Source: Macrostomum lignano
Lineage: Eukaryota
Reading direction: 5' to 3'
Assembly: GCA_002269645.1 (NCBI GenBank)
Contig: NIVC01001011.1
Location: 178,119-242,118, forward strand
Length of the DNA: 64,000 bases
In this document: in pieces, positions 25,320-35,934 of the stretch
How positions within the stretch are numbered: the first letter of the stretch is position 1
Layout: every line of letters starts with the position of its first letter
Translations under genes and position numbers: made by a program
The notes under the pieces: generated by a model
The model's input: the letters and a program-made list of their open reading frames with translations, nothing else
What the model was told of the DNA's origin: nothing
Databases searched by the model: none

Positions 25320-27984
25320 TACCTTATACTTGGAGTTATGAATTTTCATCACTTATACTAGATACCAGACTAGACTTAGGTCACAAGTCTGGCATAATAG
25401 ACTATCAGGGATAGTGGCTAGATCTATAAATGCAAAACATTATTTAATTAGAATATAATTTTTTTGTGAGAGCCAGAGTCTAGATTGTGTATTAGTATAT
25501 GCCAGAATCCTATCGTAGCTAAATTTATGCTAGTATTTACCGAAAAAGTAAAATTTCCCTAAAATATGCTCTAAAAATTTCTTATAAAAAGTTTGTTTGC
25601 TTTTTATGGTTGAGTTTTCTAAGAAAGGTTTTAATAGAAAATGTTATTTAAAATATTATAAATATTTTCAGTTTAAACAAAACTGCATATACCTCTAAAA
25701 ATGATACATAATTTAAGTTTTTAATGATAAATTAGTTTTTGTCATTTTCACTAATTTCATTTAATAATAATTGTAAAAAAACTAAAGGTTGATCACTGAA
25801 TTTTAAGAATATATAAAGTTTCATTTATTCTACATAACCATGTTTATTTATAATAAATTTTTAATGTACAGCATAAATTTCTTAACCAAATTTGTAGGCC
25901 TACAAAAACTTTGAAGGGGGTCATTTGTATGCAATGGTATAATTTAGACATGTTTATGCCAGGTGCAAAAATGGTGAGAATGCATGAACTTTGTAGGCCT
26001 AATGCAAATCTAGTAGCATTGTTGTATAAAAATATCATTTTTGCCTTTGTAGGAGATAGTATTTAGATAGGGTGCTATTATAAACCCTAAAAATCATAAC
26101 CATGAAATTACTTTTCTATCATAAACCATGAATGTCACAGTCCCTAAATACCATACTCTCGAAAACTTTGACAAGCCCTATCATAAACCCTAAATATCAT
26201 ATTCTTGAAAATCCAAAATATAGGCTGCATCATAGATCCTAAATATTACAAACCCAAAATATGACATTCTTAAACTATGACAAGCCTCCCACATATTATT
26301 GATATTCAATATAATTTTGCATGCTTTTCAAAAATATAACTTAATAGTAAAACAACATGCTAGCAAAAAAAATTCAACAACTTCATATCTCATCTAGATG
26401 ATTCATTTCCTATGTCAGCATGCTAGAGTCAGTAGCATATTATATATTGTTGGTTGGCCTAAACAATGTTTTGGCACTATATTTATCTATTTTTATGTAT
26501 TCTCTAGTTAAGTCTTTCAATTCTTATGTTTGCTCCTATTGAGGGTTTCTCTATTAGTCTTGGCATTACCAAGATTAGAGAGTCACAGCTTATAGTTTGG
26601 CAGATATTCTGTCCTGAGGCAAGTTTCTTTGATTCTAAATCTTAGTTGTCCTTGCCCTTTGGTAGGTATCCTGTCTTCTAAGGCAATTTCTTATGTTAAA
26701 ATCTAGAGATCTTGTTCTGAATAGTTTATTCTTCTAATCTTTTAGGCTATTCCTATGTTGGACTATCTACTACTCAAAATCAGTAACATAAGAGTAAGCA
26801 AGCACTAGCTCTTGGGCTTATTATCAATTTAATCTTCAAATTATAATTGGAAGAAGTACCAGAAAGCTCAACTGGTTGAATAAATTAACCAAGAGAAAAA
26901 CGAGTATGTTTAACTATGCCTACAACTTGCTCTTAGTTACCATATACTAAAATTTTCCTAGCTTTAATTTAAAACAAAACATATGCAGTTAGTATTTGTA
27001 GTATACATATTTTTAATATTCATATAGTATTGCAAAGTGGCAGAATTTTTAAAATGTAAATTTCTAAAAAGGTAAAAAAGTAAACTTAAGCCTACTACAT
27101 TTCTTTAGTCAGTCTCATACATAGTCTAAGAGTTGTTTTTGGGTTGTTTCTAGTAGCTTAATAAATCTAGTAACTTAGACTAACTTATATCTTTCTAGTA
27201 AAAATATATAGCATACCTTTGCATCAACTTTGGTATCTGTGTAAATGTGCCCTGGGGTCCTTATATGCATGTGAATGGCACCCTAGGATTGCCAAGCCTA
27301 GAAAGGAGCCTGCAATAGCACCCCTTAAATATAATTTTAGCAAAAATAGAGTAAACATGGTTAAGAGAGTAATTATGGTAAAGAGATTCAATGATGTGTT
27401 CCTTAGTACCAAGACTTTCTTAGCAATCAAGGAACAATCACTTCTAGCTACTGCTAGGCAACCCAGTAATCAACTGAAGGTAGTTATTACCTTGAATCCA
27501 GATTAGTCCTTCTTGAGATGAGTAGATCTCAACTGCAAGTAGTCTCTGTAGATCAGACGCCTACTTCTCTGTAGTTCTGGTCCTTTTACTTCTGCTGAAG
27601 TATCTCCGCCAGTATCTGTTGTTCGGACCAATCAGAAGCTTCGAATTAACAATGGGGTTTCAAATAAGCCTTCTCCTAGCAGTGCTTCAATGCACTCTAG
27701 GTATAGCTACGGTAATCACTGATAGTCCTCTAAGATCTATCAGGGTAGTCCTTCTGGAGACTACAACCAATAGAGTCTCAATTAGACTCTAGAGTTTCTA
27801 CAGACTCAAACACAACAATAATAATGAGTCAACTCAAACAACAGGCGCAAATAAGTAAGGCTTACTGCAAGAACTCGATCGAGTCTCGATTGACTTAGTC
27901 TTCAGGAAGTCCTCCTAAGGCTTCCTCTTTGTAGCGTCTCCTTCTAGAGGTTTGGTTGTTGGCTCCGGGTCCTCTTCGGACCAC

Positions 27985-28285
27985 TTGTATTTATAGGCAA
28001 ACAGACCCCTTGCAAGGTCGTCCATCACATTTTCGTAAATGTCAAAGGGTCACGCTTTAGTTGCTGTCAAGCATGACAAGGGTAGAAAGTTAAGCCACTA
28101 GTCTAGTGTAAGCGCGCGTGATTGGTTACCGTAGCTGGGTTATTTTTGGTTACCTTTGATTGGTTCATCCAGGTGCATGCCGAATGATGAATCGCAGGTG
28201 GGTTTAAACTGACAAATGTAGGTCACATGTGATTGGTCGGTTGCTAAAAATAGCATGTTCGACTTTTCTATCTTGTGATTGGTTG
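27985..28285 (-). promoter_or_regulatory. Candidate Pol II promoter (four CCAAT boxes upstream of TATAAATA), possibly LTR-derived
   Basis: GATTGG at 28120, 28158, 28231 and 28277 (CCAATC on the minus strand) and GTATTTATAGG at ~27987 (CCTATAAATAC on the minus strand). Confidence 0.45.
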
Positions 28286-28424
28286 ATTAAAATATATCAG
28301 TGATTCAGTACTTATTATTTTACATGCTACTTATTATACTACTGAATAAAACTTATAAGTAGCACGTTAGCACTTTTTATGATTTTCGTGGGAGGTAGAA
28401 TATTATGCCCTCTTATTCTTACAA

Positions 28425-29685
28425 CACTGCAATTAATTCCCCACAGCCTTGTTATCTGAGCAATTCCCCACAGCCTTGTTATCTGAGCAATTCCCCACAG
28501 CCTTGTTATCTGAGCAATTCCACACAGCCTTGGCATCTGAGCAATTCCCCACAGCCTTGGCATCTGAGCAATTCCCCTACAGCCTTGTTATCTGAGCAAT
28601 TCCCCTACAGCCTTGGCATCTGAGCAATTCCCCACAGCCTTGGCATCTGAGCAATTCCCCACAGCCTTGGCATCTGAGCAATTCCCCCACAGCCTTGTTA
28701 TCTGAGCAATTCCCCACAGCCTTGTTATCTGAGCAATTCCCCCACAGCCTTGGCATCTGAGCAATTCCCCACAGCCTTGTTATCTGAGCAATGCCCCCAC
28801 AGCCTTGTTATCTGAGCAATTCCCCTACAGCCTTGGCATCTGAGCAATTCCCCACAGCCTTGTTATCTGAGCAATTCCCCACAGCCTTGTTATCTGAGCA
28901 ATGCCCCCACAGCCTTGTTATCTGAGCAATTCCCCTACAGCCTTGGCATCTGAGCAATTCCCCTACAGCCTTGGCATCTGAGCAATTCCCCACAGCCTTG
29001 TTATCTGAGCAATGCCCCCCACAGCCTTGTTATCTGAGCAATTCCCCACAGCCTTGTTATCTGAGCAATTCCCCACAGCCTTGGCATCTGAGCAATTCCC
29101 CACAGCCTTGTTATCTGAGCAATGCCCCCCACAGCCTTGTTATCTGAGCAATTCCCCTACAGCCTTGGCATCTGAGCAATTCCCCACAGCCTTGTTATCT
29201 GAGCAATGCCCCCCACAGCCTTGTTATCTGAGCAATTCCCCTACAGCCTTGGCATCTGAGCAATTCCCCTACAGCCTTGGCATCTGAGCAATTCCCCACA
29301 GCCTTGTTATCTGAGCAATGCCCCCACAGCCTTGTTATCTGAGCAATTCCCCCCACAGCCTTGTTATCTGAGCAATCCCCCCACAGCCTTGTTATCTGAG
29401 CAATTCCCCACAGCCTTGTTATCTGAGCAATGCCCCCCACAGCCTTGTTATCTGAGCAATTCCCCACAGCCTTGTTATCTGAGCAATTCCCACAGCCTTG
29501 TTATCTGAGCAATTCCCCTACAGCCTTGGCATCTGAGCAATTCCCCTACAGCCTTGGCATCTGAGCAATTCCCCTACAGCCTTGGCATCTGAGCAATTCC
29601 CCTACAGTCTTGTTATCTAGCAATTCCCCTACAGCCTTGTTATCTGAGCAATTCCTCTACAGTCCTGGCATCTGAGCAATGTAAC
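28425..29685. repeat. ~29-30-bp minisatellite (TCTGAGCAATTCCCCACAGCCTTGTTA/GCA)
   Basis: About 40 tandem copies; explains the repetitive ORFs at 28339-29467. Confidence 0.95.
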
Positions 29686-29959
29686 TGAGCATTCTCATTT
29701 GAGCAAATAGCTCTTAAAATAGCCTTTAGCAATTTGTGGCAACACAGCGCGTTTCATACCTTGTAGCAAAAATAGAACTCAGAAATTTCGCAGCATTGTG
29801 CAACTTACACTGGGACTGTGGAAAAGAGTACAGTGCAGAAATTATTGTACATTCTACTGTGGCTATAAAAGCACTCTCATTGCTTTCATACACTCGCTGC
29901 TTTGGTCAGCTAACAAGGTATCTGAAACTTGCTAAACTCTCCAGCCACCGTGTTAAGCA

Positions 29960-30448
29960 ATGGCTACAGGAAGATTCACGTTCTTCTTCACCAAGGAGTC
30001 GCCATTTAGTCAGTTTTATCCTTGCCAGTTCAAAGTTGACGGCTGCACATTTAGCTGCGCAGAGCAGTACATGATGTACCGCAAAGCGAAGCTGTTCAAC
30101 GATCACGCGACAGCCGAGGCTATCTTAGCTGCGACTAAGCCGGCAAAAATGAAAGCCCTCGGCAGGCAAGTCGACGGCTTCAATGACGACGTGTGGAAAG
30201 AGCACAGATGGGAGATTGTCCATTCGGGTAACATGGCCAAGTTCGGCCAGAACCCGGAGCTATTGCGGACACTGTTGGACACGGAGGGCACCACGCTGGT
30301 GGAGGCGGCCCCTAACGACTGTATCTGGGGCATTGGCCTAGCCGAGTCAAATCCTGACGCCAGGGATCAGTCAAAGTGGCGCGGTTTGAATCTGCTTGGC
30401 CAGATTCTTACTCGGGTGCGCGAGGATCTGAAACCGACTGTTGCTTAA
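29960..30448 (+). CDS. NADAR (YbiA-like) family N-glycosidase / ADP-ribosylhydrolase, intronless, 162 aa
   Basis: NADAR motifs in order: FSQF, AEQYMM..KA.LF.D, K.LGR.V, KF.QNPEL...LL.T, LVEAAPND.IWGIG, G.NLLG.IL..VRE. Confidence 0.95.
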   Translation: MATGRFTFFFTKESPFSQFYPCQFKVDGCTFSCAEQYMMYRKAKLFNDHATAEAILAATKPAKMKALGRQVDGFNDDVWKEHRWEIVHSGNMAKFGQNPELLRTLLDTEGTTLVEAAPNDCIWGIGLAESNPDARDQSKWRGLNLLGQILTRVREDLKPTVA

Positions 30449-30584
30449 ATCACTCTGGGATACTTCATGACTCTGTGGCTGTATCACTTATCGTAACCAC
30501 AGTTCCAAGGTTAGTCCTAGATCTGAGATGCTCACTTTAGTATAACAAATGGGATTTTCTAGAACCAGTTAAGTCTAATAATGA

Positions 30585-30745
30585 GATCTAATGAGATTAT
30601 CAGGTTCTCAGTACAGTCTAAGGGTGAGATCTAATGAGATTCTCAGTTGAGTCTAAGGATGAAATCTATTGAGATTTTCAGTTCAGTCTAATGATAAGAT
30701 CTAATGAGATTCTCAGCTTCTCAGTTCAGTCTAAGGATGAGATCT
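30585..30745. repeat. Short ~40-bp tandem repeat (TCTAATGAGATTCTCAG...)
   Basis: 4-5 degenerate copies downstream of the NADAR stop. Confidence 0.7.
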
Positions 30746-31231
30746 AGTGATACTCTAGATGTGTCGATATTTAAGCATTATTATTTTGTTAAATTTTATT
30801 TTACTCGTAAAACCTTTCCTACTCTAGAATTTTGTTTATTTGCGTTAACTTTGTTTAAACACAACAGCAACACAGCTACTTTATAAAGTGAAATAAAACA
30901 TTTATACTTATTTTAACTCTTGGATTGTATATCTATCTTGCAAATTTACATTCACATTTGCTGTGATGATGACATTCCTAGCTAATAAACAATTTATCTA
31001 ATCAGTTGTACAAGTTCTAAAACAGACTTCTTATTGCAATCGCATCTTAGTGTTTGCTTTTTATATTTAGTAATGCTGCAGTCAGTGTCGTTTGATAACT
31101 ATTGACAGTATCCTGTTGTAAATGAAATTCTTTTTTATTTCAGCACAGTGTGTCAGTCTGACAGCTATCTGTACTTAACAGACTGTCAGGTTTTCAAAAA
31201 AATCTTTGTGCATCACATCAGTTAGGCAGTC

Positions 31232-34200
31232 ATGGGCAGCACAGTGGCTGACACGATGCTGGCTCTGTCCAAGCACACATTCACTACAGATATTGTGACT
31301 GCCGTGCTGCCGGTGAAGAAGGTTGAGCAGAAGAAAACTATGCGACCTTCGTTGTTCTTTGTGCTTACCAGTGAGTGCCGCGATGCATTTAGTTAGCCTA
31401 GCAGCCTCCCAGATCCTCAGCTACTGGGCCAGCCTCCCAGATCCTCAGTTGCTGAGCCAACCTCCCAGCAGATCCTCAGTTGCTGGGCCAGCCTCCCAGA
31501 GTGTCAGTTGCTAGGCCAGCCTCCCAGAGTGTCAGTTGCTGGGCCAGCCTTCTAGAGTGTCAGTTGCTAGGCCTGCCTCCCAGATCCTCAGTTGCTGGGC
31601 CAGCCTCCCAGATCCTCAGTTACTGGGCCAGCCTCCCAGATCCTCAGTTACTGGGCCAGCCTCCCAGATCCTCAGTTACTGGGCCAGCCTCCCAGATCCT
31701 CAGTTACTGGGCCAGCCTCCCAGATCCTCAGTTAGCTGGTTACTGCCAGCCTCCCAGATCCTCAGTTACTGGGCCAGCCTCCCAGATCCTCAGTTACTGG
31801 GCCAGCCTCCCAGATCCTCAGTTACTAGCCTCCCAGATCCAGTTGCTAAGCCTCCCAGCAGACCCTCAGTTGCTGGCCCAGCCTCCCAGATCCTCAGTTG
31901 CTGGGTCACCAGCCTCTCTGATCTTCTGTTGCTAGGCCAGCCTCCCAGAGTGTCAGTTGCTGGACCAGTCTCTCAGAACTCAGCATAGTCTCACATGCCC
32001 CGGACTCACGCAGAGAGCCGCTCGCGCACCGGAGACGTGACCCTTCACCTGGTGAAGAAGGGCGACAAAGCGGACAGCTACAAGCGCAAAAAAACTTGGG
32101 CCCTCACCGACATTCGCCACGTTGACGGCTGCTCGGCCGGCGACCTTGACCTTGAATTGACCTTCGCCGACGGCGTAAAGAAGCGCTGGACGTGTTTCAG
32201 CCATCGGGACAAGCAGGAGTACGCTGAGCGGATGCAGTCCACAGTCAGGCAGGTGCGCGGTTGCGCAATCAAATTCGCTAACTTCCCTTCGAATCTGGGC
32301 GGCGCAGCAAAGTCAGCCGGCGTTGGCGGTAGCGTCGGTAGTAGCGGCGTCGCTTCGTCTGGTGTCCAGCAGCGACGTCGGGAGCTTCAACGAGAACGCG
32401 GCGACTCATTCGCTGCTAAGGTTAGTTCGCTAGTGATGTTACTATCGACTTTTTTAGTAAGTAGTTTAGTAAGTAGTATGGTGCGAATAAGGCTCGTATT
32501 TTTTCTCTACAAAGTCCATAGCAGCTAGCTATTTTTATTTAAAATTTTTCTAATGTGCAATTTAATAGCGTATAAAATTATTTTCACTACATATCGGCAA
32601 CAGGATTTCTCACGAGTAATAACGATTAATAACGATAGTTAATTCTGGTTTTTTTATTTTCTGCATGAATATTCTTTTTATTTTATCCTTATGCTTCTTA
32701 TAGTAAGTGGTTAGTTTGGGAAATTTGTATTGAATGCAATTAATCTTTAACAGGTTTTGCTGACTGCTGCTGCAAAGCCGAATCAGCCTTCACATTTTGG
32801 AGTCAATTCTCAGGCAGGATTTATTATTAGACCTGTTTATTATTATTACAGAAACATAATTTCTCATATTTCTAAGATTGCATATAAGACTGCACTGTAT
32901 TTTTCAGGATGCATGAATCTATTTTTGAATTGTTCATTGCTAATCTACTCGTACAAACCAGTTGAAAACGTTACTATGACAGGAATCTTTAAAGAGTCAT
33001 TGCAAACAATCTTGTGACTTTTTCACGACTCAAACGCGTCTAATGTGACGGAGATGCGACTGTTGCGTCACGTGAGTTGTAGAGTCGTAAGAGTCGCGAA
33101 AGAGTCGTCTAAGAGTCGTGTTGGTGCTTAACGTTTGCTAGAGATGTGACAAAGTTCATCACGCGACGCAAGTGCGCTTCAAACACAACTCAGCGAGTCT
33201 AAGGCGATTCTAGCACGCCTCAAATAAGACTTTACAGCCCCATAGTCGTTATATCATTGCCCCAGAGTCGTTTCAGAGCCGCAGGTAATAAAACGCTTCA
33301 GTGATTCTTGAGTGACTCTTTGACGACTCTTTGGCGACTTTTACCGTGACATCTCGTCATTTTAGAGTCGTTTAGAGTCACTTCTTTCCAGTTTTACCTG
33401 TGTAATCTGCAACGACTCCGGGGCGATGCAATCGTGACTCTGAGACGTTTCTTGGCCTTTAGTACCGTTTTCATCGGGAAATTTAGTTTGTAAACTGTTG
33501 TTTTAGATTTCTGTGCCGTGTCTGTACTTTTCATGTAGTTGTTTCTGCATGAAGCACTAATTCAGTCTAGATCTAAATCTACATCAGAGGAGTTGCTGGA
33601 TGCCAATGCTTAAGCGGGTTGGCGAGCTGCCAAGGCTCAAAGAGGAGGCCGATATCTTAGTTGCGAATTCTGGAGACAATTATTTTTTTTTTATAATTGC
33701 CCTGACAATATGCAACAGGCCGACGACGGCACCGGCAAATCCTCGGACGCTGGCGGCGCTTTCGACATGCTGAGCGACGCGGAATCGCGCGATCTGCAGG
33801 CCTTCCTGGACAGCAACAAAGAATCCGTGCACAATGCCGAGAATTTTGTTCGGCGACTCAACGAACAGTTAAGATCGTTGGAGCTGTCTAATATTCACGC
33901 TTTGATATCGTCTGGAGCTCAGGTTGGTTGGCTCAGTGGAATGCTATAGTTATTTTTATAAGTAGCAGTGTACTACGATCTGTGTGATTGTCTGTTTGGT
34001 GCACTGGACCCGGAGGGTTCTCTGTGACTGGGGCGGCCTGGCTTGCGTCGTCAGCTGAGCGACCATTGCGCTAGGTGAACCTACCCGTGCAGGAAGCTGG
34101 TATATAGACCACCTCGAAGGCATCATGAGCAAAGCCCCAGAGCAGAAGTTGCTATCCTGCCCGTTGAAAACGTTACCGGGACAAGAATTGCCTAAAAGTT

Positions 34201-35490
34201 GTTGCAAACAACTCTCTAGTGACTCTAAGCGACCCTGGGGCAACTCTTTTGACTTTTTAGCGACCTGAAACGCGTCTAATGCGACGGAGAGGCGACTGTT
34301 GCGTCACAAGTGCGTCACGCGAGTTGTTGAATCGTAAGAGTCGCAAAAGAGTTGTCCAAGAGTCGTTTTCTTGGCGCTTAACTTTCCCTAGAGACGTGAA
34401 TCTACAGCGACTCTAGCGCGTCTCAGATACGACTCTATACGGCCCCAGAGTCACTTGCGTCGCCCCTGGGTTGTTTCAGAGTCGCAGACAACAACGCGCT
34501 TCAAAGTGACTCTTAGGTGACTCTTTGACGACTTTTTGGCGACATGTACCGTGAAATCCCGTTGTTTTAGAGTCGTCTAGAGTCGCTTCTTTCTTGTGTT
34601 ACCTGCAAAGACTCTGGAACGCTTCTGGGCCTGGTTACCGTTTTCGTCGGGCTGACAGTATGACCCACCGGGATCCGAGGTCAGCGACAGGCTTTCACCT
34701 CATTGGTGGTCTGTGAGCAGACTGCGGGTCCACAAGCTGGTTGGCGGTGCCAAGTCTTGCAACTAACGACAGAGCTTCGCAGTTAGGACAATGATCGGCC
34801 ATGAAAGCATCCAACCCCCGTTGTAGTTAGCCCTACATGAGGCTCCACATAGGGACCCGAAAATTCCGGTTGCCCAAGCCTATGCTCTTGCTGGGAACTC
34901 CGTTTAACAACAACAAGTAGTAATCTGTACATTCAGAGCCAGCTACACGTCCGTCCGGCTTGCGATACTCGTCCATGAATTACCACCAACCCCACGCCCC
35001 GTCCCTCAGGTAACGCAGCTCACCGATCATGTCCAATCGGCTCGCGGGTTGTTGAACAACTGGAGCACCGAGTCCAGGGCTACACTGGCCGCCTGCAGTC
35101 TGTGGCGCCGGCCATCGAGTGCCTGGCCGACCGGGACAAGCTGGCCAAGCTGTCCGCGGCCAATCAGCTACGCGCTGCCGAGGCTCTCGAACGCCTGCTA
35201 GCCGCGATTCGTTTCGACGAATCCGACAGACGACTGTTGCGAGAGCCGAACTTTAAAGATAGAGCCTGCGTGCCCGCCCTGCTGAAGGCGGCTCGCCAAT
35301 GCGACTCGGTGCTGGCAGCCGATGTGCCGCCGGAGCTGCGCAAGATGGCCGCCGTCAAGGACTCCACGGAGGGCTTGATTGAATTGAAGAGATCGTTTGC
35401 GTCTGCGCTGGTCCGGCATTTGAATGACATCTTTATTAACTATGTGAGTTGATGGTCACTTTCCTCTAGTGAGTGAGTTAGTTAGTTAGG

Positions 35491-35526
<36 letters not shown>

Positions 35527-35656
35527 CAGTTAGTCATTTAGTTAGTGAGTGAGTCAGTTTGTTAGTTAGTTAGGTAGTTAGTTAGTTATAGTTAGTTAGT
35601 TGGTTAGTTAGTTAGTTAGTTAGTTAGTGAGTGAGTCAGTTTGTTAGTTAGTTAGG

Positions 35657-35708
<52 letters not shown>

Positions 35709-35760
35709 GAGTGAGTCAGTTTGTTAGTTAGTTAGGTAGTTAGTTAGTTAGTTAGTTAGG

Positions 35761-35791
<31 letters not shown>

Positions 35792-35876
35792 GTAGGTAGT
35801 TAGTTAGTTAGTGAGTTAGTTAGTTAGGTAGTTAGTTAGTTAGTTAGTGAGTGAGTCAGTTTGTTAGTTAGTTAGG

Positions 35877-35934
<58 letters not shown>

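Noticed and set aside
27224-27300. SF1 helicase-like motif (PFTCI*GPQGT) on the minus strand
   Set aside because: Short, interrupted by a stop, lacks GKT, and has no other helicase motifs nearby.
25545-27557. Fungal-type RIP mutation as the cause of the CpG desert
   Set aside because: A small hand count showed raised TpA/ApT but no depletion of CpA+TpG, so it fits CpG decay better; needs a proper computation.
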